This document shows, piece after piece, positions 10,917-20,980 of a DNA stretch of 64,000 nucleotides. This DNA is from Raillietiella orientalis (lineage: Eukaryota), in assembly GCA_036172245.1 (NCBI GenBank), contig JAYWIR010000026.1, positions 992,001-1,056,000 on the forward strand. The letters run 5' to 3'. Position numbers and translations under genes: made by a program. How positions within the stretch are numbered: the first letter of the stretch is position 1; each line of letters opens with the position of its first letter. The notes beneath the pieces were generated by a model. It did not search any database. It was given only the letters and a program-made list of their open reading frames with translations, and was not told the DNA's origin.

Positions 10917-13900
10917 TCAAACACTTGCCCTCTCAGGGCACTCAAAAATTGCCTTGGCAGTGGTTTTAAACACTGCCTTGGCGGGGTATTGGGTATAGTT
11001 TTAAACTAGCAATAATCACGCCTCCCTTTCGTTCAGCGGCGGCGATACCGCCCGTGCGCAAGGCTCTCGCGATCGCTAAAGGAGTTGCTTAAGCCTGCGT
11101 GGAGGCAGCACTTCAAGAGGCAGCCAAGGCAACGCCTCTTACATCCGTGGGAGCAGCGCCATCTCAGGATGGCAAAGATAACTGCGACGCGAAGGAAGAC
11201 GGCTGGATGCAGGCGAGAAAGATCATTCGAAAGAAACCATCAAGGTCTTCGCAGCTCTGTGTGAAGGTGAGTGGGCGAAAGAAACCCGCGAAACCTTCCC
11301 AGAAAAAGATTGCGATTCTTTCCTCCTGCGCAATCGTCCTCTCGCGGCTGGAGCGGGAAGCTGCTGCTGCGGCTAAGAGGACGAAAGTCCCAGGCGCAGT
11401 TGCAGAAAGCGCTAGGAAACAGGCAGCGAACGATCTCCCTAATTCCGGGAAACAGCAGCAGTGCCTGGCAAGCGCTCGACTGTCGGATTCCGATCCAGAG
11501 TCCGACAGAAAGAGCACACAGCGCGACAACCGCCCGAAACCGCGCAATCGCCTCCCGAAGATCCGCAAGCGCGTGGTTGCCGAGGAGAAACTGTTGTTGG
11601 AGAGCAAAGAGGAGGAAAAGGACCTCACCTCTGAGCTATCGGCAACAAGCAGTGCGGCTTCGAATGGAGATGTCCAGTCTCCGAGATCGACCGCTCTGTC
11701 TCGTGACGACTCGCCGGACAAGGCGAGAAATCTGTTCTCACCTTCCCAGCCTTAATGCAGGAAATCGTCTCTTTCCGTCGATACAGCGTAGCCTGTTGGA
11801 ACGTCAATGGGCTGCGCAGGGACGGAAAGAGGCGCGACGTGTCAGACACCCTGCGACATTTCGATTTGGCGATCCTTCAGGAGATGCATTACATCTCCGA
11901 TGAGGAGGTTGCCGAAATCGAACAGCGCGCGGGTGGCACCCTGTACTGGCGAGAAGGTTTTGCACAATCGTGCGGAGTCGGGTTTCTCGTTAATAGTAGG
12001 ATGGCGGGAGCAGTGCGCAGCGTTCGATTCGACAAGGAAGGCAGAAGAGGCCAACTTGTACTCAAGTGATCAGATTCAATCGACCTCGTCGTAACGAACG
12101 TCTACGCGCCGAGCGGCTTTCATCGGCGTGTCGAAAGAATCGAGTTCTTCGACGTGCTGAAGAGCCAATGGCTCAGAAACTCCGGAGCCAGAGTGGCGCA
12201 TCTCGTCGCAGGGAACTTCAACGTCCACCTGCTTTCCAACGAGACCCGATCCCTGGCGGAACGGTCGCGGGTGGAAGAAGCATGCGCGTTGGTGCACGCG
12301 TGTAACTTGGAAGCCGGCGAGCCTGGACTGGAAAGGAACGTGGATCACCTCTACCTCGATGAACACCTACTCTCGCGAGTGGGAAGGAGAGGCAGGGTGC
12401 CGTCCACGTTATCGGACCATGATAGGCTGGAGTTCGAGCTACTCCCGCCTGGCAAGGGACCTCCAAACAACGTTTAAATTATGCCGGCGGATTGGCTGAG
12501 TCACCCGGAAGCGGCGAAGCATCTTCGCCAGTTCCTTTGCGGCTCTGCCATCCGGGAACTCGCAGACTGGGACCATCTTAAAAGATCGGTTCGCGAGTTT
12601 TGCGACCGGTTCCCCCTGCAACTGCTACCACGCGGCTTCGGGGAAGGCGTGGCCAATAGCAGAGCATTTCTGCAGGCGTGCACCTTCTCGAGACGTGCGG
12701 AAGTCCGGCAACTCGCAGAGTACAAGGCGAGGGCCGAGCGCCAGGTCTGGCAGTCTGGAGCGGCTATTCTGCTCGACGACCAAGGCCGGGAATGCACGGC
12801 TCCTGCCGAAGTGCGGCGAGCACTAAAGCGTCACTTCTCCTCGCTCTACGCTAATTCCCCGACGGAAAGAGTCCTCTCCGAACTACTTTTGCCGCGGGCT
12901 GCACATGGCATCGGCGAGGAGGAACGCGATCGTCTCGACGAGCCCTTCACGTTGGAGGAAGTTTCTTCCGCCATCGCAGGACTCAAGAGACGGGAGACGC
13001 CAGGTGAGGACGGACTGCCCGCGGAGTTCTATCAGAGCTTCGCGGCGGAACTCGCCCCACTGGTTCCTAGAATCTCGACGCTGATGAGGGTGACGGGCGA
13101 TGTCCCTTCTTCCTTCCGCTCAGAAAGGGTGCGTCTCCTTCCGAAAGGAGGGGATCTGCGCCAACTCAACAAATGGCGTCCGATCACATTAGTGAATAAG
13201 GACGTCAAGTTGTTTTCGAAGCTGTGGGTCACGCGCTTAGGGAAAGTCGCGGAGTCCCTGGTAAGCCCGGAGCAGTCTTACGCTGTACCGGGTAGATCAA
13301 TGGATGCGAACCTTCTTTTCGCGCGCACCTGGTGGCAGCTCCAAGAGCGCGTTGCAGCGGATAGCCGAACAGCGGCAAGACCTTCTGCCGACTGCGTGCG
13401 CCAGTGCGAACGGACGGAAGAAAGGCCGGGAGCCTTGACACCAGCAGTAGATTTGCACAAAGCATTCGATTTTCACCCGGATTTCGCCGGGGCGTTTATT
13501 ATAAAACAAACATCTACAAAGACGTGCAGTGGCTGGACCATTGCTCCAGCCACGCACGAAGAAACACAGAGCCTGCCGGGTCACCGGTTTGCAGACCGGT
13601 ACGGTCCACCACGGCAGCAGGGGGAAGGGGGAAAAACAAAAAACAAAACAAAAAAGAAGAGAAAAGTTGGGAGGGTAAGGGAAGGGATCACAGTTGCTGG
13701 TGGGGCCGTTGCATCCTTTGCAGGATGCCGGCAAGCTCCTTCTGTATTTCTGAATCCAGGTGGGGCCATCGGGACGCCCTCCTCTGGAACTGGAAGGCTG
13801 GCTGGATGGCACCCTGGTCGCGTTGTCCTCTCTAGGCCTTGCCCCAAGCGGTGACGATCCCGCGTAGGCAGCACAAAGCTGCTAACGAGGCCGCTGGCCG

Positions 13901-15120
13901 AAGGGCGTCGGCAACGAAGAAGACTTTCAGTGCGTCCCTGGGGTTGCGGCAGGGGATTCCGATGGCCGCGGCAAAGCGAAACCAAAGGGGCCGAAGGGCA
14001 ACACAATTGACTAGCAGGTGGGGGAGGGACTCCCGTTCCCCACACCTGACGCAATTGGGGTCCACCGCTCCCCAGGTCCAGTGGTGTCGGCGGGCGTTGC
14101 AGTGAAGTCCCCAGTGCTGCAACAGGAGAGCCGACTCCTGCCATTTTAAGGGGAGGGCGGAAGTGTTCATGAGCACCGGGGGCCACTTCAGATGTTCAAT
14201 GGGAACATCGAGCAGCGCGCCCCAACGCAGAAGTCCATTGGGAGGCGTACTCGGGGTCGCAGCGTCTGTTAACTGGCCCGTCTTCCACTCTCCTATCTTC
14301 TTCTCCTTTCCGGAGATTGTTACTGTAACCACCCACTTCGCCGCAACATCGCTGTCCAGATCTTCCATCAGGGAGGGCAGCGCAGCAGCGAGGGCGGTTC
14401 TTCCTGCCCACGCTCTCTTCTTTGGATCCTCCAGGATCTCGCGAAGCGTGCAACTTCTGTAACCCCCAAACAGGAACCTTCGTTCCTGTTGGGAGCGTTG
14501 CATGCCGAACTGTCCCCACGTTCGAACGGTTTCCTGTAACCAGGCACTACCGTTAAACGGGCGACAGGTGAGCAATCCTGGGTTTTTCCGATACAGCGCA
14601 GCCACCCTCCTTAGCTGGAGTCCGCATCGGTTGACGCGGCGACGGAGTGCAAGAAACGACGTCAGTCCCGTCTTGCCGGTGGCTTGCTGGAGAAGGATAC
14701 GTGCAGGGACGCACCAACAGGTGCACCACAACTCTGGAACGAGTGCCGACAATCGGAACTGGAGCTGAAGCTCCAGCCACTCCAGCATCAGGAGGCCCAG
14801 ACCACCATCCCGACGAGGAGCGCACAAGTCCTTTAAGCGGACTCGGGCCCTCCCGTTGCCCCAAAGGGCGATACGGAGGAGGTCCTTTGTCCGCTTTTTA
14901 ATTCTCTCTGTAAGGGGGCAAACGAAAAGCAGGGGGCGGAGGAGAGGAGCCGCGAACGTGTTCCAAACCGCGGCCCGTTAAGGCAGGAAAAACCTGCCGC
15001 CTCGGAACGGGCCGATCGCCGTCTCTACTTTTTATAGGCAGCCGGACCACGCTTCCGCAGGGGAGTAGTCCCCCAACGGCACATCAAGGTACTTGAAGTA
15101 CCTCACCGTGAGCATCCCCA

Positions 15121-18100
15121 AAGATCGGTCCGCGAGTTCTGCTGCCGGTTTCCTTTGCACCAGCTTCCGCGCGGCTTCGGAGAGGGCGTAGCCAACAGCA
15201 GAGATTTTCTGCAGGCCCGCTCCTTTTCCAGGCGCGTGGACGTTGGTCGATTATCCGAGTACAAGGCCAAGGCCGAGCGCCAGGTCTGGCAGTCAGGGGA
15301 GACAGTTCTGCTCGACGACCAGGACCGGGAATGCTCGGCTCCAGCCGACGTGCGACGGATAGTCAGGCGCTATTACTCTTCTCTGTATGCAGAGGCACCG
15401 ACGGAACGCAGCCTCTCCCGGCTGCTTCTGCCGATTGATGCACCTGTTGTAGACGAGGAGAAACGCGCGCGTCTTGATGAGCCCTCCACGGCAGAGGAAA
15501 TTTCCTCGGCCATCTCGGGGCTCAAGAGACGAAAAGCGCCAGGCGAAGATGGGCTCCCCGCGGAATTTTTTCAGTGTTTTGCGGCGGAGCTCATCCCCCT
15601 GGTGCTCCAACTCTCGTCGCTGATGCGAGACTCGGGCGATGTCCCCGCCTTGTTTCGCTCAGCAAAGGTGCGTCTACTGCCGAAAGGCGGAGATTTGCGC
15701 CAACTGAACAACTGGCGTCGGATCACATTAGTGAATTCGGACGTCAAGTTGTTCTCGAAACTTTGGGTGGCGCGGATGGGTAGGATCGCGGAATCCTTGG
15801 TAAGTCCGCAGCAGACGTACGCTGTTCCTGGGCGGTCCATGGACGCGAATCTCTTGTTCATCCGCACATGGCTGCAATTGCAGCATCGTTTGGCGGTGGA
15901 TCGTCGTGCGGAAGCGACGCCTTCGATCTCTCACCGACGGAGGCGCGGGACGCAAAGGGAGACACCGAGAGCCTTGGCGGCTGCAGTCGATCTGCACAAA
16001 GCTTTCGATTGCGTGAACCAAAAGCTTCTTCTTGAGCTTTTGGAACGTCTGGGTCTTCCGGCATCCCTGTTGGCGTACTTGCGCTCCTACTGGCGCCACG
16101 CGATTACATCCATTGTTTTCAGTGGCTGTCGCGTGTACGGCGTGCCGGTACGACGAGGAATTAGGCAGGGTGACAGCTTAAGCCCACTGCTCTTCAGCTT
16201 CTATTTTGAATTGGTGCTGGAGGCTTACAGGCTGACGCTAGCCAACCTACCGAGCTCCTGTCCAGGTATGCCGGCCGTGGCAGCCTATGCCGACGACCTG
16301 CTTCTCCTGTTGCCAAGGGCCACCCCGGCGACATCGCTTGAAGACTTCTTTGAGTTGATTCGTCGCGGTGCGGGCGTGAGCGTTAACAGGAGTAAGTGTA
16401 TGGTTGTTCCGGTGGGTGCGACGTGGGAGGGGCAGTCCGACTGGATCGACCTGCGGATCCCCACGGGCAGGTACCTCAGGTACCTCGGCGTGCCGTTGGG
16501 CGACTTCTGCATCTCAGAAGCTTGGTCGGACTGCCTTCGGAAGGCAGAGCGTGCACTTGGCCCGTTTTCAGGAGGCGAGTTCGTCTTGCCGGAACGGGCC
16601 TGCATCTGGAACAACTTCGTTGCTTCCCTCCTCCGCCCCCTGTTTTTTTTTCCACCCCCCCAGGAAGTCAAAGTCTGGGCGCAGCGCCTTCTACGCAAAG
16701 CGTTGTGGGGCGCTGCAAGATCCCGTGTTGGACTTAAAGACTTGATGGCGCCGCGTCAGGATGCAGGCTTGGGCATCCTCGACTTAAACAGCATCGAACT
16801 GCAGGTGCAGTTTCGCATGCTGCGGCTCTGTGCCAAGCTGTGGTGTACGCCGTGGTGCTTACCCGCACGCCTCATACTGAGGCGCTGCACGGGAAGCGAG
16901 GGACTGCTTTCGTTGCTACCCCACTTTCGGCACACCAGAATAGGGTTTGGCTTCCCGCTGAGGCAGCTGTCCTCACTGCTGGAAGCCCAAAGCTGGATCT
17001 CCTGCCGCCCCATGAACATTAATGCATGGCGGCAGGAATTTCTTTCATCGTGGGCAGCTTCCAAAGGAACGCGCCTGGAAGATCTTCGACGCCTGCGACT
17101 TCTCCTCAGTCATCAAATGGACGAAGTCATGCAGGACAAGAAGTTGTCGGATCGTCTGGCCGCCACACCACTCGCCGCAGCGCTGCCTGCCCTCAGGGCA
17201 AGCAACGACGGTTGCCTACCGGCGGAATGGGAGTTCTCCTGTAAAATAGCGGGATTCAGTAAGCTCCTCGGCAGCTGGACGACAAAGGAGCTGGTGCAAG
17301 CCGTCACTCCTCGGAATCGGGCGAAGGGCCTGCTTCGGTGGAGCGAACATTTAAGTGTGCCCCCCGAAGTAATAGTGGTTCCCCGCGTTTGTTTGGACAG
17401 CTCCGTGTTCCCCCTTAAGTGGAAACAAGATGTGCTGCTCTTTTTACATTGTGCATTACACTGTAATAGGCAGCGAAGCATCGTTTCCGAAGGAGCTGCT
17501 TTGCCAAACTGTTTAAGGTGTGGAGAGATCGAGTTTTTTCCGCACCTTTTGCTGGACTGCGGTGACCTCCGGGAACTGTGGCGAAGGCTCACTTCGGCCA
17601 TCATGTCACAAAGAGGCACTGCCATTGATGTGCTGCGGCGCTTCTTCAGCAGAAATGGACTTTCGGTTGGTGCGATTGTCGCAACCATGTGTTGCGTTCG
17701 CGCCATCGTGAAGGCCCGCTACGCCCTGGAGTTGTCAGCGCAGCGAAGGGAGGCTCACCTGCTTGCAGCTCAATTCATGGAGAAGGCTTCAAGCTGGTCT
17801 CGTCTTCGTGACAAGGTGAATGAGGACATCACCGGCATACATCGCCGGTTTACACACCTTTGAGAACGGCGTAATCCGGTGACCCCTGCGACCTCTCGCC
17901 CACCCATACCCCGTCCCCGTTCGCTCGGTAAAATTTCCGGTGCCCATGCTTTTATCCCCGTGTCTTCCAGAGCGATCCCAAAGACTCTTATCCCGTCCTC
18001 CTTATTCATTGTTTTCATTTTATTTTGGTTTCTTTGTGTTCCCCGCCCCCCCACACCGTTTGCAAAACTGTTACTCTGGCCTGCGTGCTAGCAATATTCT

Positions 18101-18216
18101 CAACATTCTTGTTCAGTCGTCGGTTGGGAGTTTGGTTCCCAACTGGTTTATTTTGTATAATTGCTTTTTTTGGTTATGTTATATGGAATAAACGCCCCTG
18201 CGTGACCGGGTGTGAA
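15121..18216 (+). mobile_element. Copy M (lineage 1): lacks the 5' half, has an intact RT-to-3'-end half
   Basis: 902-codon open frame, pyrimidine-rich 3' UTR, AATAAA plus hairpin at 18187-18212. Confidence 0.92.
15155..17863 (+). CDS. ORF2 fragment: non-LTR reverse transcriptase + C-terminal CCHC, no endonuclease
   Basis: KAPGEDG, DLHKAFD, RQGDSLSPLLF, YADD, RYLG, CLRCGEIEFFPHLLLDC; longest open frame in the window. Confidence 0.93.
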   Translation: MHQLPRGFGEGVANSRDFLQARSFSRRVDVGRLSEYKAKAERQVWQSGETVLLDDQDRECSAPADVRRIVRRYYSSLYAEAPTERSLSRLLLPIDAPVVDEEKRARLDEPSTAEEISSAISGLKRRKAPGEDGLPAEFFQCFAAELIPLVLQLSSLMRDSGDVPALFRSAKVRLLPKGGDLRQLNNWRRITLVNSDVKLFSKLWVARMGRIAESLVSPQQTYAVPGRSMDANLLFIRTWLQLQHRLAVDRRAEATPSISHRRRRGTQRETPRALAAAVDLHKAFDCVNQKLLLELLERLGLPASLLAYLRSYWRHAITSIVFSGCRVYGVPVRRGIRQGDSLSPLLFSFYFELVLEAYRLTLANLPSSCPGMPAVAAYADDLLLLLPRATPATSLEDFFELIRRGAGVSVNRSKCMVVPVGATWEGQSDWIDLRIPTGRYLRYLGVPLGDFCISEAWSDCLRKAERALGPFSGGEFVLPERACIWNNFVASLLRPLFFFPPPQEVKVWAQRLLRKALWGAARSRVGLKDLMAPRQDAGLGILDLNSIELQVQFRMLRLCAKLWCTPWCLPARLILRRCTGSEGLLSLLPHFRHTRIGFGFPLRQLSSLLEAQSWISCRPMNINAWRQEFLSSWAASKGTRLEDLRRLRLLLSHQMDEVMQDKKLSDRLAATPLAAALPALRASNDGCLPAEWEFSCKIAGFSKLLGSWTTKELVQAVTPRNRAKGLLRWSEHLSVPPEVIVVPRVCLDSSVFPLKWKQDVLLFLHCALHCNRQRSIVSEGAALPNCLRCGEIEFFPHLLLDCGDLRELWRRLTSAIMSQRGTAIDVLRRFFSRNGLSVGAIVATMCCVRAIVKARYALELSAQRREAHLLAAQFMEKASSWSRLRDKVNEDITGIHRRFTHL

Positions 18217-19036
18217 ATCTCTTGCGCTTGTTCTGCAGAGATCACGTGGATCTCCTGCAGCAGCGCAAGGTCGTAGGACTCCAGAAAGGCGGCCATGTCT
18301 CGTCTCCTGCCGGCGTCTGTCATGCCGTTCACGTTCCAAACGGCGATGCGCAGACGACGGCGGGAGGAGATTCCCGGCATTACTGCTGGGAAGATTAAGG
18401 TGTGGGGGAGCCCTCGTCTTGCGAGGCAGGCGGGATGTCCATGGGGGTTTCGGCCTTCTCAGGCACCTGAGGCACCTGTTCGGCCTCCAACCCCTCCATC
18501 CCCTCCGTGTCCGCGCGTGGGAGTCTCTCGGGCGACGGGTCCAGAGAGTTTCCCACGCTCATGGCACCCTCGCTTGCGGAAGCCATCTCTTCCCCTTCGA
18601 CGGGGGAGACGAGCTTCCTTGGCTTTGTGGACTTACGTACAGCCTTCTTGCGCGGTGCCGTGGAAACGGAGGCTGCGCTTCCGGCCTCCACCACGGGGTC
18701 GGAAGTGGGGGACTCCTGAGGGAAGGCACGACGCCTTACGGCCTTCTTGGCAGCCTTGGAGGGTTCTGGCTGCAACGAGGCTGCCAGCTCCTCCGCGGCT
18801 CACGCAAAGGCTACGTCATAGATGGTGGTGTCGATGACGGACGCCGCCGCCGGCTCGCTCCGCTCGCTGTTGACAGAGTCAACAGAGGAATTGTCGTCGG
18901 TAGCGGCAAGTTCTTTTTCGCAGCGGTCGGGAATACACTCGACGACGACGCCCGCACGGACGTGTACTGTGTTGCTCCTCGAGCGTGATTCCTTTCCGTC
19001 TTTTTGTGTGTGGTGTGCCCGAGTGCGTCCACTGGG

Positions 19037-20980
19037 ATGTCCACGGAGACCCTGCAGCAAAAGATGGATGTGGAGGCTGCTACTGGCAGTGGAGACTCTA
19101 CTCCAGATGTCCGGTCCGCCTCTGATTCTTGTGTCTCGCCACCGGCGAGAAGATTCGCCGCCGTCGTCAAGGCGGTGGCAGCCAACGGAGCACCGCCCGA
19201 CGAAGCAGAGCTGCAGGCATATGCAGCCCATTGCTACAAGCCTGCGCTCTGCTATCCGGTGAGTGCTTCTATCTCCGAAAGGGTCGGAGAAAATTTGTGG
19301 GACGAGCTTTTGCGCGTCGGGGTCCGACAGGACGACCTCCTGGCCGTCATGCCGGTTAACGCGCTCGGACACTGGGAGGTGCACTGCAAAGAGGCATCCC
19401 TAGTCCAGCACCTTGTCCGCACCCCGCTAAACATGCGCGGGAAGGAGGTCGTCCCGTCGGCCATCGACCAGTCGTTCGTGGTCCGATTTACCGCCGTCCA
19501 GGTGGACACGCCCGATCGCGTGCTCGTCGCTGCACTTAGTGCATTCGCCACGGTGCACGCAATGTGGAGAGCAGAAAATCCGATCAAAAGGATTCCATCT
19601 CTACACAGCGGACTTGCCATGGCGCGTCTCACCATGGCGGATAGGAGGCAAATGCCTCCGCACTTGCAGGTGGGCGATGCGATCGTCCACCTTAAATTTG
19701 CCGGTCAGCGACCGGCTTGCGGCATTTGCGGTGCCGAGGGCCATCGTCCGTGGACGTGCCCTTCACGCAACTGCCGCTATTGTGAACAGCTCGGCCACTC
19801 CGTCAAAGAGTGCGCCGAGCTGAAGAGAAAGAGGCAGGCAAAAAGCCGCCAACAATCGACCCCGTCTGCGCCAAAAAGATCCCCCGTTGTGCCACTGGAG
19901 AAATCGGGCGCGAAGGGCGGGGCATCTTCGAGTGGAGGTCTCGCGAAAAAGGACGCGGTTGCTTCAGGGAAGCCACCATCCCAGACAACCGCGCAGACGG
20001 GAAAGACGCCACGTCGCCCTGGGGGCAAATCGCACCCTTCGAAGCAGCCTAAGAGTGCGGGCACGCACTCAATCAAGGCAGCTGAACCGTCCGCGTCCGC
20101 TCGCGCGTATAGCGGAGCACACGGGAAACCGTGCGCGGGTACCCCCGGAGCTGCCTCTAAACGGCAGTCTCCTCCTACGGCGGTGGAGATCACGTCTTCC
20201 ACGCCGAAGGCACGAGCAGCGAAGGCCGCAATACCACCTCGCGGGACGACGGCAATGACCGCCGTTTCGCCCGCATCGGCTAAGGAGCAGGTGCAGTGCG
20301 TAACGGGGACGGAGCCGTCTCCCGCCGCGAGCGCGAAACGTGAGCCGGCATCTCCGGCCAAACAATTGAGGGAGGCGTCGGCCTCCCAGGAGGGCGTCCC
20401 CTACGCGGGCTGGACTCGAGTCTCCAGGACGCCCACAAAGGGGAAGAATAAGGTTGACCCTTCAATATTCCCCATCCTTAAGGTGGGTGGGAGGCAAAAG
20501 AGAAGCACGATGAAGAAGGTGCGTACCCAGGTACGCACTACGGCTGCGTGCTCTGTCTCCGTCGCTTCGCGCGAGAGGGCAGCTGCGGAAGCCAAAGCTC
20601 CGGAAGCTGCGTTGGCGACTGCGACGACCCCCGCGCGGGCAGGGCAAGCCTCCACCTGCCGAAACAAAAAGAGACTGGCAAAACGCCAGTCTCGCGCCAG
20701 GCACTCGGACTCCGAGGTGGAGTCCGAGTGCAAACAAATGGAGCGCGCATCCCGGGGTAAGCCGGTAGCGCGCCGGGCTAAAGTGCGAAAGCACGAGCCT
20801 GTTGCCGGAGGCGGTTCCGGCTCCTGCACCGAGACCGAGGCGATGATCCTCGGCTCCCAGGACTCATCTGGGCGCGATGTGGCGGCGAACGGGAGCGATT
20901 CCGCTTCCCAATCCGCTCTCCTACCAGCTGACTTCTTGCCGGACGGGGCGAGGAGCACGCCGTCATGTCCGCAGCAGTGA
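19037..20980 (+). CDS. Intact ORF1 of family A
   Basis: MSTETLQQ start; CGICGAEGHRPWTC and CRYCEQLGHSVKEC knuckles; long basic Ala/Ser/Pro tail. Confidence 0.9.
   Translation: MSTETLQQKMDVEAATGSGDSTPDVRSASDSCVSPPARRFAAVVKAVAANGAPPDEAELQAYAAHCYKPALCYPVSASISERVGENLWDELLRVGVRQDDLLAVMPVNALGHWEVHCKEASLVQHLVRTPLNMRGKEVVPSAIDQSFVVRFTAVQVDTPDRVLVAALSAFATVHAMWRAENPIKRIPSLHSGLAMARLTMADRRQMPPHLQVGDAIVHLKFAGQRPACGICGAEGHRPWTCPSRNCRYCEQLGHSVKECAELKRKRQAKSRQQSTPSAPKRSPVVPLEKSGAKGGASSSGGLAKKDAVASGKPPSQTTAQTGKTPRRPGGKSHPSKQPKSAGTHSIKAAEPSASARAYSGAHGKPCAGTPGAASKRQSPPTAVEITSSTPKARAAKAAIPPRGTTAMTAVSPASAKEQVQCVTGTEPSPAASAKREPASPAKQLREASASQEGVPYAGWTRVSRTPTKGKNKVDPSIFPILKVGGRQKRSTMKKVRTQVRTTAACSVSVASRERAAAEAKAPEAALATATTPARAGQASTCRNKKRLAKRQSRARHSDSEVESECKQMERASRGKPVARRAKVRKHEPVAGGGSGSCTETEAMILGSQDSSGRDVAANGSDSASQSALLPADFLPDGARSTPSCPQQ

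Larger units (their letters stand above)
6957..11030 (-). mobile_element. Copy X: divergent L1/Tx1-type element with both ends and a large deletion in RT, antisense inside ORF1 of B
   Basis: ORF1 10916-9045 (frameshift ~9620, three knuckles); endonuclease SWNVNG/LQETH/GDLN/IDH/SDH; RT to DMEKAFD then a jump to the C-terminus near 7345; AATAAA (6990-6995), hairpin and A5 tail. Confidence 0.88.
5636..13471 (+). mobile_element. Copy B (lineage 1): 5636-6956 and 11031-13471, split by X; ends at RT DLHKAFD
   Basis: ORF1 5714-6850 with CEQCGKEGHRRKEC knuckle; ORF1 tail resumes at ~11031; TAATG at 11753; endonuclease then RT to AVDLHKAFD. Confidence 0.85.
13472..18951 (-). mobile_element. Copy E0 (lineage 2): 3' part 13472-15120 and ORF1-tail/endonuclease part 18217-18951, separated by M
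   Basis: Both parts are near-identical to the matching parts of copy E2 (57189-58350 and 62060-62800); 3' hairpin at 13474-13500. Confidence 0.85.

Noticed and set aside
15155..17863. RT read as a group II intron, retron, DGR or LTR element
   Set aside because: The APE domain, ORF1 knuckles, GGLG and C-terminal CCHC, 5' truncation and TSDs indicate non-LTR L1/Tx1; there is no integrase, protease or LTR.
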